Part shown: piece by piece, positions 11,136 through 20,442 of the stretch
How positions within the stretch are numbered: position 1 is the stretch's first letter
Layout: each line of letters opens with the position of its first letter
Source of the DNA: an uncultured Gemmatimonadales bacterium
GTDB taxonomy: Bacteria > Gemmatimonadota > Gemmatimonadetes > Gemmatimonadales > Gemmatimonadaceae
Reading direction: 5' to 3'
Assembly: GCA_963706505.1 (NCBI GenBank)
Contig: CAVPLX010000003.1
Location: 31,569 to 95,568, forward strand
Length of the DNA: 64,000 nucleotides
Translations under genes and position numbers: made by a program
Notes under the pieces: model-generated
Told to the model about the DNA's origin: nothing
Database searches by the model: none
Seen by the model: only the letters and a program-made list of their open reading frames with translations

Positions 11136-12248
11136 TTACCCCCCCGCGTTCGGCCAATCGACCACTTCCTTGATCGCCTCCGCTTCAGCGTGGCTCACCA
11201 CCTCGCTGAAGCGATCCGGCGGGTAGTGTGAGATCAAACGGCAGAGGTGCCCGGGCCACCGAAGCTCCGCCCGGGCCAGGTCGTCGACCGCCATCTGAAA
11301 ATGTCCGGCGGACGCGTTCACACTGCCCAGCATCACCTGGTTGCCCAGGACGAGGTGCCGCACGAGTTCCGCGCCCGGAATCTGGAGCGGCCGGTCTCCT
11401 GTCGGTATGCCGGTGAGCACGTACACGCCGTTGAGCGCGAGCGCGTCCAGCAGGTTGAACTCGAGCACCGCCACCCCCGTCGCCTCCACAATGACCTCCA
11501 TCGGACCCACTTCCCTTTCGACTCGTTTCGCGGGCACCCGCCGGCCGTCGATGTACTCTCCACCCAGGCCGCGCAGCCACGCCGGGCGCGCCGTCGCCGC
11601 ATCCATGACGTCGAGCCCGTAGACACGGGCGCCACGCAGCGACAGCACCATCGCCGCCAGCAAGCCCACAGGCCCGAGCCCCGCCACCAGACACGGGCGC
11701 CCCACAATCCAGTCCGGCATCGTCGCCGCGTCAGGACGCCGCGCGTCTTGCAACCGAAGCGCTTCGCCGATCGCCTTCTCGACGATCGACAATGGCTCGA
11801 CCAGCACGCCCACCGATGCGAGTCCCGCTGGAACACGGATGACGTACCGCTCGCAATCGGCCACGTATTCGGTTTGATACCCATCCAACCCGCGGATCCC
11901 ACGCTCACGATATTCGCCGGTCTCACACATGTCGGAGCGGCCCATCCCGCACGACGCGCACCGCCCACACCCCCGCCGAACAGTGAGCACCGCGTGATCC
12001 CCGACCGCCACCCGGGTGACCGCGTTGCCCACCCGCACGACCTGGCCCAGCATCTCGTGGCCGATCACCAGCTCATGCTGCCCGTCCGGCGCTGTGGCCC
12101 GTCCGCCTGAGACCTCGTCCCGGTCCGTACCGCAGATCCCAACCGACACCACTCGCATCATCACTCCGTCCGGCGCCGTCACCGCCGGGTCGGGCCGGTC
12201 CACCATGATGGCGCCCGGGGTCCCCGGGACGACCGCGATGGCCTTCAC
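11136..12248 (-). CDS. zinc-dependent MDR-family dehydrogenase (glucose 1-dehydrogenase-like)
   Basis: The GTG at 12248 overlaps the stop of the upstream gene (GTGA). (V)KAIAVVPG..., GICGTDRDEV, GHEMLGQVV, CGRCASCGMGRSDMC (structural Zn Cys cluster) and a GLGPVGLL Rossmann motif are present. Confidence 0.85.
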   Translation of the reverse strand: MKAIAVVPGTPGAIMVDRPDPAVTAPDGVMMRVVSVGICGTDRDEVSGGRATAPDGQHELVIGHEMLGQVVRVGNAVTRVAVGDHAVLTVRRGCGRCASCGMGRSDMCETGEYRERGIRGLDGYQTEYVADCERYVIRVPAGLASVGVLVEPLSIVEKAIGEALRLQDARRPDAATMPDWIVGRPCLVAGLGPVGLLAAMVLSLRGARVYGLDVMDAATARPAWLRGLGGEYIDGRRVPAKRVEREVGPMEVIVEATGVAVLEFNLLDALALNGVYVLTGIPTGDRPLQIPGAELVRHLVLGNQVMLGSVNASAGHFQMAVDDLARAELRWPGHLCRLISHYPPDRFSEVVSHAEAEAIKEVVDWPNAGG

Positions 12249-15200
12249 GACTGCCCTCTGATCGGGGGCATGTACGCCAGCTCGGGCCGCGGACCGGGCG
12301 TCGCACCGTCCAGCGCCATCTTCACGACCTGCGCGATGTGCAGAGCCTGGCGATCGGTCGTCTGCGCGATCTGCTCGCGGCAACTGAATCCGTTGCCCAC
12401 GATCACCGTGTCCAGCGCGGCCTCCCGAACTCTCGGTAACAACACGCGCTCGCCGCACGTGATGGACACGTCGTAATGCTCCCCCTTCTCGAAACCAAAC
12501 GCTCCCGCCATCCCACAGCACCCGGAATCCACGATCGTGTAGTCGGCTCCGAGCTTCTTCAGAAGCGCCTCCTCATCGCTGAATCCGAGGACGGCCTTTT
12601 GATGACAGTGACCGTGCACCAATAGCTTGGCGTGCAGCGGCGGCACCACGAAATCCGGCGCCTGCTTCGCGAGGAACTCACTCAGGAGATAGGTTTGCTT
12701 GCTCAGCCGCTGCGCATTTTCGTCGTCGTGCAGCAGGTTCACGAGTTCGTCGCGGAACACCGACACGCAACTCGGCTCCAGGCCGACCACGCTGACGCCG
12801 GAGAGGATCTGGGGCGCCAGGCCATCGAGCACCCGGTGCAGCATCCGCTTGGCGAGGCCGAGCATCCCGTAGTCGTATAGAGGTCGCCCGCAACACAGAG
12901 ACATCTGCGGGATGATCACCCGGAAGCCCGCCGCCTCCAGCACCTCCACCGCCGCTTGCAGCGTCGCCGGATGGAAGTGGTTGTTCCACGTGTCCGGCCA
13001 CAACAGGACCGGAGGCTTGTCCGGATTCCGGGCGGGCCTCTTCGCGAACCACGCCCTGAATGTTTGGCGCGCAAAGACGGGGATCCGGCGCTGCGGCGCC
13101 ACCGTCGCCAGGGCCTTCGCGATGCGGCGCAGCCCCGGCGTTTGCGTGAGGAAGTTCGTGATCCGGGGAATTCGCGCCGCGGCCCGCGCCCACCAGTACA
13201 TGAGGCCGAACGCGTAGGCGGCGGCGGGCCGGAGATGGCCCTCGAAGTAATGCGACAGGAACTCCGCCTTGTACGTCGCCATGTCCACGCTGACCGGGCA
13301 TTCGCCCCGGCACCCCTTGCAAGCCAGGCACAGGTCGAGCGCCTGCTTCACCGACTCGTCCCGCCACCCCTTCCCGAGCGGGTTGCCCTCGAGCATCTCG
13401 AAGAGAAGCCGCGCACGGCCCCGCGTCGAATGCCGCTCCTCACGTGTCGCCATGTAGCTCGGGCACATCGTCCCGGTATCATGCTTCCGGCATTTCCCCG
13501 TTCCCACGCACCGGTTCGCGGCATACGCGAAGCTCCCGCGATCGTCGGGAAAAGCGAAATGCGTCGCGGGCTCCCACGGGTGATAGTGGGTCCCCCAGCG
13601 CAGATTCTCGTCCACCGGATAGGCATCGATCACCTTTCCCGGGTTCATCTTGCCCTGCGGATCCCAGATGGACTTGAATTCGCGGAACGCCTCCATGATC
13701 TCGTCGCCGAACATGATCGGCAGCAGTGACCCGCGAGCCTGCCCGTCACCATGCTCGCCCGACAACGAACCACCGTACGACGTGACGAGGTGCGCGGCCT
13801 CGTTCAGAAATAGTTTCCACCGGCCGATCCCCTCAGCGGTGTACAGATCGAAGTCGATGCTGCAATGGATGCAGCCCTGCCCGAAGTGCCCGTAAAGGGA
13901 CGCGGTGTATCCGTACTTGTCGAATAGTCCCTGGAGGTCGCGCAAATACCGGCCGACCGCGTCGGGCGGTACCGCGGAATCCTCCCAGCCAGGGTAGAAG
14001 TCCGGCAGGTTCGGGATCTTGGACGTCGAACCCAACCCGGATTCGCGAATGTCCCAGAGCGCCCTCTCCTCAACAGGGTTGTCGAAGAGTTTCATCGTCG
14101 GGGGATGCGGCTGCCGGCCGAAATCCCCCATCAGCCCGCGCGCCTGCTCGTCGGCCTCCGCCTTCGACTCCGCCCCGAACTCCACGACCAGCCACGCGTT
14201 GCCCGCCGGCAGCATGTTCCGGCCCGATGTCGACATCCCCTTGTCGTGCATGTACGTGAACATGCTGCTGTCGATCCCTTCGAGCGCGATCGGCCGGTGC
14301 GCGTTGCAGAACGGCACGTGGTCGCCGGCCGTGAAGATGTCGGCGAACCCGAACACCGCTAGCGTCCGGCTCGGAGGACTGTGCACGAGGCGCAGTTTGG
14401 CCTGGAGTACCGTGACGCACGTGTTCTCGGTCCCGACGAGCGCTCGGGCGACGTTGAACCCGTGCTCGGGCAGCAGCTCGTGCAGCGGATAGCCCGAGAC
14501 GAGCCGCGGAATGTGCGGGAACTTCTTCCGGATCTGAACCGCATACCGGTCGCGGATGCTCCTGAGCCGCGAATAGATCTCGCCCCGCCGGCCGCCGGCG
14601 GCGATGATCGCCGCCAGCTCCTCGTCGCTCGTGGCGCCGACCCACATCCGAAGCCCGTCGTAGGTGACGATCTCGAGGGCCTCGGTATTCTCCTCGACCT
14701 TGCCGGCCATCTGCGCGTGCATCCCACAGGAGTTGTTCCCGATCATCCCGCCGAGCGTGTTGCGGCTGTGAGTGGCAGGGTCCGGGCCGAAGGTGAGATG
14801 CCGCGCCTCCGCCCGATGCCGCAGGTCATCCAGCACGGTACCCGGCTCGACACGCGCCCACCGCCCCTCCCAATCGATTTCCAGCACGTGGTTCATGTAC
14901 TTGCTCATGTCGAGCACCACGGCGGCATTGCAGGTCGACCCCGCCAGATCGGTCGCGCCCCCGCGCGCGACGATGGGAGCGCCGGACTCACGGCAGACGC
15001 CGATCGCGGCCACGACGTCGTCGGCGTCCCGCGGAATCACCACGCCGATCGGGATCTGCCTGTAGTTGGAGGCGTCGGTCGAATACAGCGCCCGGTCCCC
15101 AGCCGTAAACCGAACCTCGCCCCGGACGGTCTTCCGGAGCGCCGCGGCCAGACGATCCATGTCGGCTCCGGTCTGGGCCGGCGCCACGGCGTCCGGGCGT

Positions 15201-15277
15201 GGCAGCACGGGAAGCGGAGCGCGCGTCCCGCGCGCGGAACCGCGTTCCGCCGGCGCCGGGGCCCCGGTCATTGTCAT
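12245..15277 (-). CDS. FAD-binding oxidase fused to a (Fe-S)/CCG-domain module (GlcD-GlcF / D-2-hydroxyacid dehydrogenase-like, ~1010 aa)
   Basis: Start MTMTGAPAP at 15277. FAD_binding_4-like N-terminal half (IVARGGATDLAGS). Two ferredoxin-type Cys clusters (CVGTGKCRK..., CLACKGCRGECP). C-terminal cysteine-rich repeats (CCGRP..., CCGMAG). Confidence 0.9.
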   Translation of the reverse strand: MTMTGAPAPAERGSARGTRAPLPVLPRPDAVAPAQTGADMDRLAAALRKTVRGEVRFTAGDRALYSTDASNYRQIPIGVVIPRDADDVVAAIGVCRESGAPIVARGGATDLAGSTCNAAVVLDMSKYMNHVLEIDWEGRWARVEPGTVLDDLRHRAEARHLTFGPDPATHSRNTLGGMIGNNSCGMHAQMAGKVEENTEALEIVTYDGLRMWVGATSDEELAAIIAAGGRRGEIYSRLRSIRDRYAVQIRKKFPHIPRLVSGYPLHELLPEHGFNVARALVGTENTCVTVLQAKLRLVHSPPSRTLAVFGFADIFTAGDHVPFCNAHRPIALEGIDSSMFTYMHDKGMSTSGRNMLPAGNAWLVVEFGAESKAEADEQARGLMGDFGRQPHPPTMKLFDNPVEERALWDIRESGLGSTSKIPNLPDFYPGWEDSAVPPDAVGRYLRDLQGLFDKYGYTASLYGHFGQGCIHCSIDFDLYTAEGIGRWKLFLNEAAHLVTSYGGSLSGEHGDGQARGSLLPIMFGDEIMEAFREFKSIWDPQGKMNPGKVIDAYPVDENLRWGTHYHPWEPATHFAFPDDRGSFAYAANRCVGTGKCRKHDTGTMCPSYMATREERHSTRGRARLLFEMLEGNPLGKGWRDESVKQALDLCLACKGCRGECPVSVDMATYKAEFLSHYFEGHLRPAAAYAFGLMYWWARAAARIPRITNFLTQTPGLRRIAKALATVAPQRRIPVFARQTFRAWFAKRPARNPDKPPVLLWPDTWNNHFHPATLQAAVEVLEAAGFRVIIPQMSLCCGRPLYDYGMLGLAKRMLHRVLDGLAPQILSGVSVVGLEPSCVSVFRDELVNLLHDDENAQRLSKQTYLLSEFLAKQAPDFVVPPLHAKLLVHGHCHQKAVLGFSDEEALLKKLGADYTIVDSGCCGMAGAFGFEKGEHYDVSITCGERVLLPRVREAALDTVIVGNGFSCREQIAQTTDRQALHIAQVVKMALDGATPGPRPELAYMPPIRGQS

Positions 15278-15302
15278 CGCTGGTTCACCACCTCGGAAAG
15301 GC

Positions 15303-16406
15303 TCATATCGCGAATCGGGCGGCATCGGCCCGCTTGAAGTCCAGGCCAATGCCAGGCCGCGTGAGGTCGGGCCGGAGTTCTCCGGCCACGGGCGTGAGCA
15401 CGCCATCGAACAGCATGTGCTCGATCCGGACGTGATCGTGGAAATACTCGATGTGCCGCACCCGCTTCGCCGCACAGGCGGGATGGGCGTGAAGCGACGG
15501 CGCACAATGTGTGGAGAGCGCAACGCCCTTCGCCTCGCACAGGCCATCCACCACCAGCAGCCCAGTGATCCCCTCACAGCGCGACGCGTCCGCCTGCAGA
15601 ACGTCCACCGCACCCGCATCCAGTATCCGTGAAAAATCCGCGGGCTCGTATCCGTACTCGCCCACGGAGATCTCCATGGACACAGGCGCCCGGTCGCGAC
15701 AGAGCCGCAATCCCTCGAGATCCTGGTGGTACACCGGCTCCTCGTACCACGTTACCCGTGACTCCGCGAAACGCGCGGCTTGCGCCAGCGCCTGCTTCCG
15801 GGTGTAAGCGCCATTCGCGTCGACGAACAACTCGGCGGCATCACCGATGGCGGACCGTGCAGCCGCGATGCGCTCGATATCGGCAACGGGATCCCGGCCG
15901 ATCTTCATCTTGACACGGGCGATTCCGGACTCGACCCACGCCGCGAGTTGCGCCTGTAGCTGCCGGATCGAATACGACGTGAATCCGCCACTGCCATAGA
16001 CCGGCACCGCATCCCGGGCGGCGCCAAGCAGCGTCACGAGTGGCACGCCGATCAGCCGGGCCCTGAGGTCCCATACAGCCACATCGACGGCCGCGATCGC
16101 CATCGCCGCGATGCCGGGCCGTCCGAGATTGCGAATTTGAGCCACGAGGCTGGCCCAGATCCGCGCGCTCGCCATCACGTCCTGCCCGTGGACGACGCCG
16201 GCCAACGTGTCCCGGATCAGACACGCGGTTGCAGTGTCGGCGTAGGTGTAGCCGAGGCCTGTCATACCGCCGGCATGCATCTCGACGACGACGAGCGTGG
16301 TCGCCGCCCACTCCAGCGTACCGTCCGACTCGGCCGGCGCATCCGTCGGGATCCGATACGCAGACACCGCGACGCGGTCGACCGGCACGCGACTGGTCCC
16401 GAGCAC
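15303..16406 (-). CDS. enolase-superfamily enzyme, mandelate racemase/acid-sugar dehydratase subgroup
   Basis: 367 aa. VKMKIG (KxK), FVDANGA, WYEEP and SVGEYG metal ligands, and LSTHC. Substrate not inferable. Confidence 0.9.
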   Translation of the reverse strand: MLGTSRVPVDRVAVSAYRIPTDAPAESDGTLEWAATTLVVVEMHAGGMTGLGYTYADTATACLIRDTLAGVVHGQDVMASARIWASLVAQIRNLGRPGIAAMAIAAVDVAVWDLRARLIGVPLVTLLGAARDAVPVYGSGGFTSYSIRQLQAQLAAWVESGIARVKMKIGRDPVADIERIAAARSAIGDAAELFVDANGAYTRKQALAQAARFAESRVTWYEEPVYHQDLEGLRLCRDRAPVSMEISVGEYGYEPADFSRILDAGAVDVLQADASRCEGITGLLVVDGLCEAKGVALSTHCAPSLHAHPACAAKRVRHIEYFHDHVRIEHMLFDGVLTPVAGELRPDLTRPGIGLDFKRADAARFAI

Positions 16407-16429
16407 GGATACGCTCCTACCGCCCGTTC

Positions 16430-18229
16430 CTAGCCTCGGCTCCCCCGCCCCGAGAAGATGCCGGCCATGACGCCCTTCACGGACTCGATGAGGACCCCCT
16501 TCTCATCCGGATCTCCTTTGACCATGGCTGCCACGAAATTCTTCGCTTGCTCGAAGGTGATGTGCGGCGGAAGAATCGAGACGTTGGGGTCGGTATACGC
16601 CTCGTACACCACCGGGCGCGTTGCGGACAAGGCTACATCCCACGCCGGCCCCACCTGCTCCGGACTGTCGACCCGGATCCCCGTGAAGCCGAGTAACTCC
16701 GCATAGCGCGCATACGGGAAATCCGGGAGATCCTGCGAGGCGTCGAATTTCGGATCTCCACTCTCGATGCGCATCTCCCACGACACTTGATTGAGGTCGC
16801 GGTTGTTGAGCACGAGGAAAATGATGCGAGGGTCTCGCCACTGCCTCCAGTACTTGGCGACGGTAATCAGCTCGTTCAGGCCATTCATTTGCATCGCCCC
16901 GTCGCCGGTCATGGCGATCGCGACGCGACCCGGAAACGCGAACTTCGCGGCAATCGCGTACGGGACCGCCGGCCCCATCGTGGCGAGGCTCCCCGAGAGG
17001 GAGAACTTCATCCCGCGGCGCATGACGAGATACCGCGCAAGCCAGTTCGTCGCGGTGCCGGCGTCGCCGCTGAGGATGCAGTCATCCGGCAGCCGCCGCG
17101 ACAGCTCCGCGAAGACGAGCGCCGGATTGAGCGGGTTCGCCTCGACTCTCGCCCGGCTGGCATCGACGCGCTGCTGCTCGTCACGGTTGGCGGCGATGGT
17201 ATCCCGCCACGCGCGGTCAGGATGTGCCCTCAGAAGAGGCAGCAGCGCGCGAAGCGTTTCCGCCGCATCGCCCGTCAGGTTCACTTCCATCGGGTACCGC
17301 AGGCTGAGCATCGCCCCGTTGATGTCGATCTGTACGCCACGAGCCTGGCCCTCCTTGGGCAGAAACTCCCCGTAAGGAAAGGTCGAGCCGATCATGAGCA
17401 GTGTGTCGCAATCCCGCATCATGTCGTGGCTGGGGCGGGTGCCAAGGAGACCGATCGTTCCGGTCACCCACGGTAGATCATCAGGCAACACGGCCTTACC
17501 GAGCAACGCCTTCGCGCAGCCAGCGCCGAGACGGTCGGCCACTGCGATGACCTCATCGACCGCGCCTATGGCGCCCGCGCCCACCAGCATCGCGACACGC
17601 TTCCCGGCGTTGAGCACCTCCGCCGCACGGTGAAGATCTGCGTCTGTCGGGAGGATCCGTGGACGGCTGAATCCGATGCCCGTATGCACCGAGTTGTGGA
17701 TGTGCGGGGGAACCGCGACCGCGTCCATCTCGGCCACATCCTTCGGCACGATGATGCACGTGACCGATCGCGTCGCCATCGCGATGCGGAGTGCGCGGTC
17801 GACGACGTGCCGGACCGCCGTTGGGTTCGAGATCGTGAAGCAATATTCGCTCGCGACGTCCTTGAATAGGGCGTTGAGATCGACCTCCTGCTGATAGTTT
17901 CCCCCGATTGCCATGGTCGATGTCTGACCCACGATTGCGACGACCGGCTGGTGATCGTTCTTCGCATCGTAAAGTCCGTTCAGCAGGTGGATGGCGCCCG
18001 GCCCAGACGTCGCGAGGCAAACACCCACCTCACCCGTGTATTTGGCATGCGCGCATGCCATGAAAGCGGCTTGCTCTTCATGCCGCACCTGGATGAAACC
18101 AATTGCTCCGTCGGCCCGGGCGATCGCGGCCACGAGCCCGTTGATGCCGTCGCCCGGATAGCCGAAGATTCGCCGCACGCCCCATTCGGTGAGGCGCTTC
18201 ATGAGGAAGTCCGCCGCTGTGCTGCTCAT
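16430..18229 (-). CDS. thiamine-diphosphate-dependent enzyme, pyruvate oxidase/pyruvate dehydrogenase (quinone) PoxB-like
   Basis: Start MSSTAADFLMKRL at 18229. Contains GYPGDGINGL, ATSGPGAIHLLNGLYDA and the TPP motif GDGAMQMNG...NN. Confidence 0.85.
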   Translation of the reverse strand: MSSTAADFLMKRLTEWGVRRIFGYPGDGINGLVAAIARADGAIGFIQVRHEEQAAFMACAHAKYTGEVGVCLATSGPGAIHLLNGLYDAKNDHQPVVAIVGQTSTMAIGGNYQQEVDLNALFKDVASEYCFTISNPTAVRHVVDRALRIAMATRSVTCIIVPKDVAEMDAVAVPPHIHNSVHTGIGFSRPRILPTDADLHRAAEVLNAGKRVAMLVGAGAIGAVDEVIAVADRLGAGCAKALLGKAVLPDDLPWVTGTIGLLGTRPSHDMMRDCDTLLMIGSTFPYGEFLPKEGQARGVQIDINGAMLSLRYPMEVNLTGDAAETLRALLPLLRAHPDRAWRDTIAANRDEQQRVDASRARVEANPLNPALVFAELSRRLPDDCILSGDAGTATNWLARYLVMRRGMKFSLSGSLATMGPAVPYAIAAKFAFPGRVAIAMTGDGAMQMNGLNELITVAKYWRQWRDPRIIFLVLNNRDLNQVSWEMRIESGDPKFDASQDLPDFPYARYAELLGFTGIRVDSPEQVGPAWDVALSATRPVVYEAYTDPNVSILPPHITFEQAKNFVAAMVKGDPDEKGVLIESVKGVMAGIFSGRGSRG

Positions 18230-18368
18230 CGTCAAATGCCTGCTCTCGTGGAAGAATCCGGCCACGCCGGCTGGATCCAACGAAGCGCATGAGGTGTGCC
18301 GTGATCAGCACTTGCAGTGTGCAAGCGTGACTCGATTCGCTGGCGCGACAAACCGGACACGACCGGAG

Positions 18369-18740
18369 TCATCGGGGCGCGTACAGATACGCGGCAATGT
18401 CGCGAGCCGACCGGTCGTCGACGCCAAGGTCGGGCATGGCCGACCCCGGCTCAATGGCCTGCGGAGTCCGAATCCACGCGACCAGACTGTCGGCTGTGTT
18501 CGGAATTTCACCCGCAATCGTCACCCGGCGGCTGAACGCCGTAAGCGGTGGCCCGACGTTGCCGGCAGCGTCCGTCATGCCCGGGATGACATGGCATGCG
18601 CCACAACCATATCGCGCAATGGCTGCTCGGCCGCGTGCGGCGTCGCCGCCCTGGACCACCCGCAGCGGCGCGCCGCCGCATGCCGCAGCGAGCATCCCGG
18701 CTGCCGCCAGCGCGACAGCTCGCCTGGCCGGCGATCTCAT
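18369..18740 (-). CDS. monohaem c-type cytochrome, probable lipoprotein
   Basis: MRSPARRAVALAAAGMLAAACGG lipobox-like signal, CGACH haem motif and a distal MPDLG Met. Paralog of the next gene. Confidence 0.8.
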   Translation of the reverse strand: MRSPARRAVALAAAGMLAAACGGAPLRVVQGGDAARGRAAIARYGCGACHVIPGMTDAAGNVGPPLTAFSRRVTIAGEIPNTADSLVAWIRTPQAIEPGSAMPDLGVDDRSARDIAAYLYAPR

Positions 18741-18760
18741 GAGAGCATCGCCCCTCCCGA

Positions 18761-19144
18761 TCATCGAAGGGTATACAGGTATGTGGCAATGTCGCGCGCA
18801 TCGGCTGCCCGAACGCCCAGGTTGGGCATGAGCGTCCGCGGTTTGATTGCCCGGGGGTCCATGATCCACGCCATGAGTTGATCCGGCGTGTTGGCGGCCT
18901 CGCCTGCAATGGTGATACGTGTTCCGAAGGATTCGAGCGGAGGGGCGGCCGTCCCGGTCGCATCGTGGACGCCGGGAATCACGTGACAATAGCCGCAGCC
19001 GTAGGTGCCGATCGCCTGCGCTCCGCGCGCCGCATCGCCGCCGGCCACCGTGACGCCGGAACGTCGTCCCTGGCCCGTGCACGCGATGGCCAACAATGCG
19101 GCGGCCGCCGCCCATCCGCTACGGAACCGCGGAGGATGCCACAT
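18761..19144 (-). CDS. monohaem c-type cytochrome, probable lipoprotein
   Basis: MWHPPRFRSGWAAAAALLAIACTG signal, CGYCH haem motif and MPNLG. Its start overlaps the ctaG 3' end by 26 nt. Confidence 0.8.
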   Translation of the reverse strand: MWHPPRFRSGWAAAAALLAIACTGQGRRSGVTVAGGDAARGAQAIGTYGCGYCHVIPGVHDATGTAAPPLESFGTRITIAGEAANTPDQLMAWIMDPRAIKPRTLMPNLGVRAADARDIATYLYTLR

Positions 19145-20008
19145 AGGCTGCTTCCCGCGAGTGTCGGGTGCGTTCGATCGTGCGCGTGGGCGGTGCGGTG
19201 CCGTCGGCCTCCAGCCAACGGGCAAAACACAACCCCACGGCCGCCAGGTAGACGACGCCGCCGGGAATCCACATGATGAGTCCCGCGAGCTGCTGATCCT
19301 CGAGCGCCGTCAGGCCCGCCCCCCATGCCGGAACGGCTTGCGCGACGTACCACGGCGTCCGCGCGAATGTCAGCAGGGCGGCATAGACGCCCATCACGGC
19401 CGCAAACGTGGCGACATAGACGATCGCCGCGCCATACCCCAATCGGCGCCGGCCGGTTGGCTGCAGCACGACCCACCAGAAGAGACATCCGGTGACGAGA
19501 AAGCTGGCATGCTCGGCCGCATGCACCGGCTCGTATCGCAACGCCCACGCATACGCCACGGGAATGTGCCAGAATCCCAACGCTGCAGCGTGAGCGATCC
19601 ACACAACGCTCGGCGCCGTCATGGCGGCGAGGCCCACACGCACTGCCGGAACGCCGGCCCACCACCGCCCGCCGCGCCTCCGCCATGACGGTGGAAGCGT
19701 CCAGATCGCCGGCAGCAGTGGGCGGCCCAGTACGAGAAGGGGGGCCGCGACCAGGATCAGCACCAGATGCTGGGTCATATGGGCCGCAAATGACCTCTCG
19801 GCAGCCGCATCGAGCGGCGACAAAAGCGCGAAGGCGATGGCGAGCAATCCCCCGCCGAACAGCCACGCGTGACCCCGTCCGAATGCTGTGACCCGGGCCC
19901 GCCCGCAACCAGAGGCGGCGCAGACCGGCGCCATACCAGAATGGCCAATACAGCGACGCCGAGCACAACGGTTGGCTCCCACGTCCACCGGCCCAACAGG
20001 TGCGACAT
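19119..20008 (-). pseudogene. ctaG: cytochrome c oxidase assembly factor CtaG (Bacillus-type, COG3336), N-terminal region in other frame(s)
   Basis: The body (..LLSPLDAAAERSFAAHMTQHLVLILVAAPLL.. to stop 19119) is in one frame. The canonical N-terminus MSHLLGRWTWEPTVVLGVAVLAIL starts at 20008 in another frame. A third frame reads WYGAGLRRLWLRAGPGH between them. Confidence 0.75.
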
Positions 20009-20442
20009 CACCAGCAGACCGGAGTGAGAAAGAGCGCGATCGCGCTGAGCGCCACCGCGCCGGTGAACAACACGCTCATCATGATTCCCGAGTGAGCCAT
20101 GAACCGCGCTCGCTCCCGCGCGCCATCGACGTGGCCCGCACTCTGCTGGGGTGCCTCGCGAAGCGCACGCGAGGCTGCCATTGCAGTCAAGAGCGCGGCA
20201 ATGGATCCCGCCAGGGCGACAACGATGATGATGCAGACCGCGCCCCAGACGGCCGGCGCGCTCGATCCCAGCAACGGCTGCCGTCGCGGAAAGCATGCGT
20301 GAGCAGCGACCGCGTAAGTGGCGATGAGCTGCACGCTCCAGAATCCCGGTGCCCCGAACAGCCCAAACCAGAGTGAGCCCAGGCCGGCAACCGGATCGCC
20401 GCTCATCGCCGCGCCTGAACGCGCGCCACCGCCGTGACGCAT
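20008..20442 (-). CDS. small polytopic membrane protein, candidate accessory (subunit IV-like) oxidase component
   Basis: The ATG at 20442 shares its A with the ctaE stop (TGATG). Its own stop shares an A with the ctaG ATG (TGATG at 20006-20010). It has three to four hydrophobic helices. An alternative start at 20406 is possible. Confidence 0.55.
   Translation of the reverse strand: MRHGGGARSGAAMSGDPVAGLGSLWFGLFGAPGFWSVQLIATYAVAAHACFPRRQPLLGSSAPAVWGAVCIIIVVALAGSIAALLTAMAASRALREAPQQSAGHVDGARERARFMAHSGIMMSVLFTGAVALSAIALFLTPVCW

Noticed and set aside
18311-18325. Hairpin CTTGCA-GTG-TGCAAG downstream of the last cytochrome c gene as an intrinsic terminator
   Set aside because: The 6-bp stem with a 3-nt loop is weak and is not followed by a U-tract on the minus strand. 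It may still be a processing or pause site, but the support is insufficient.
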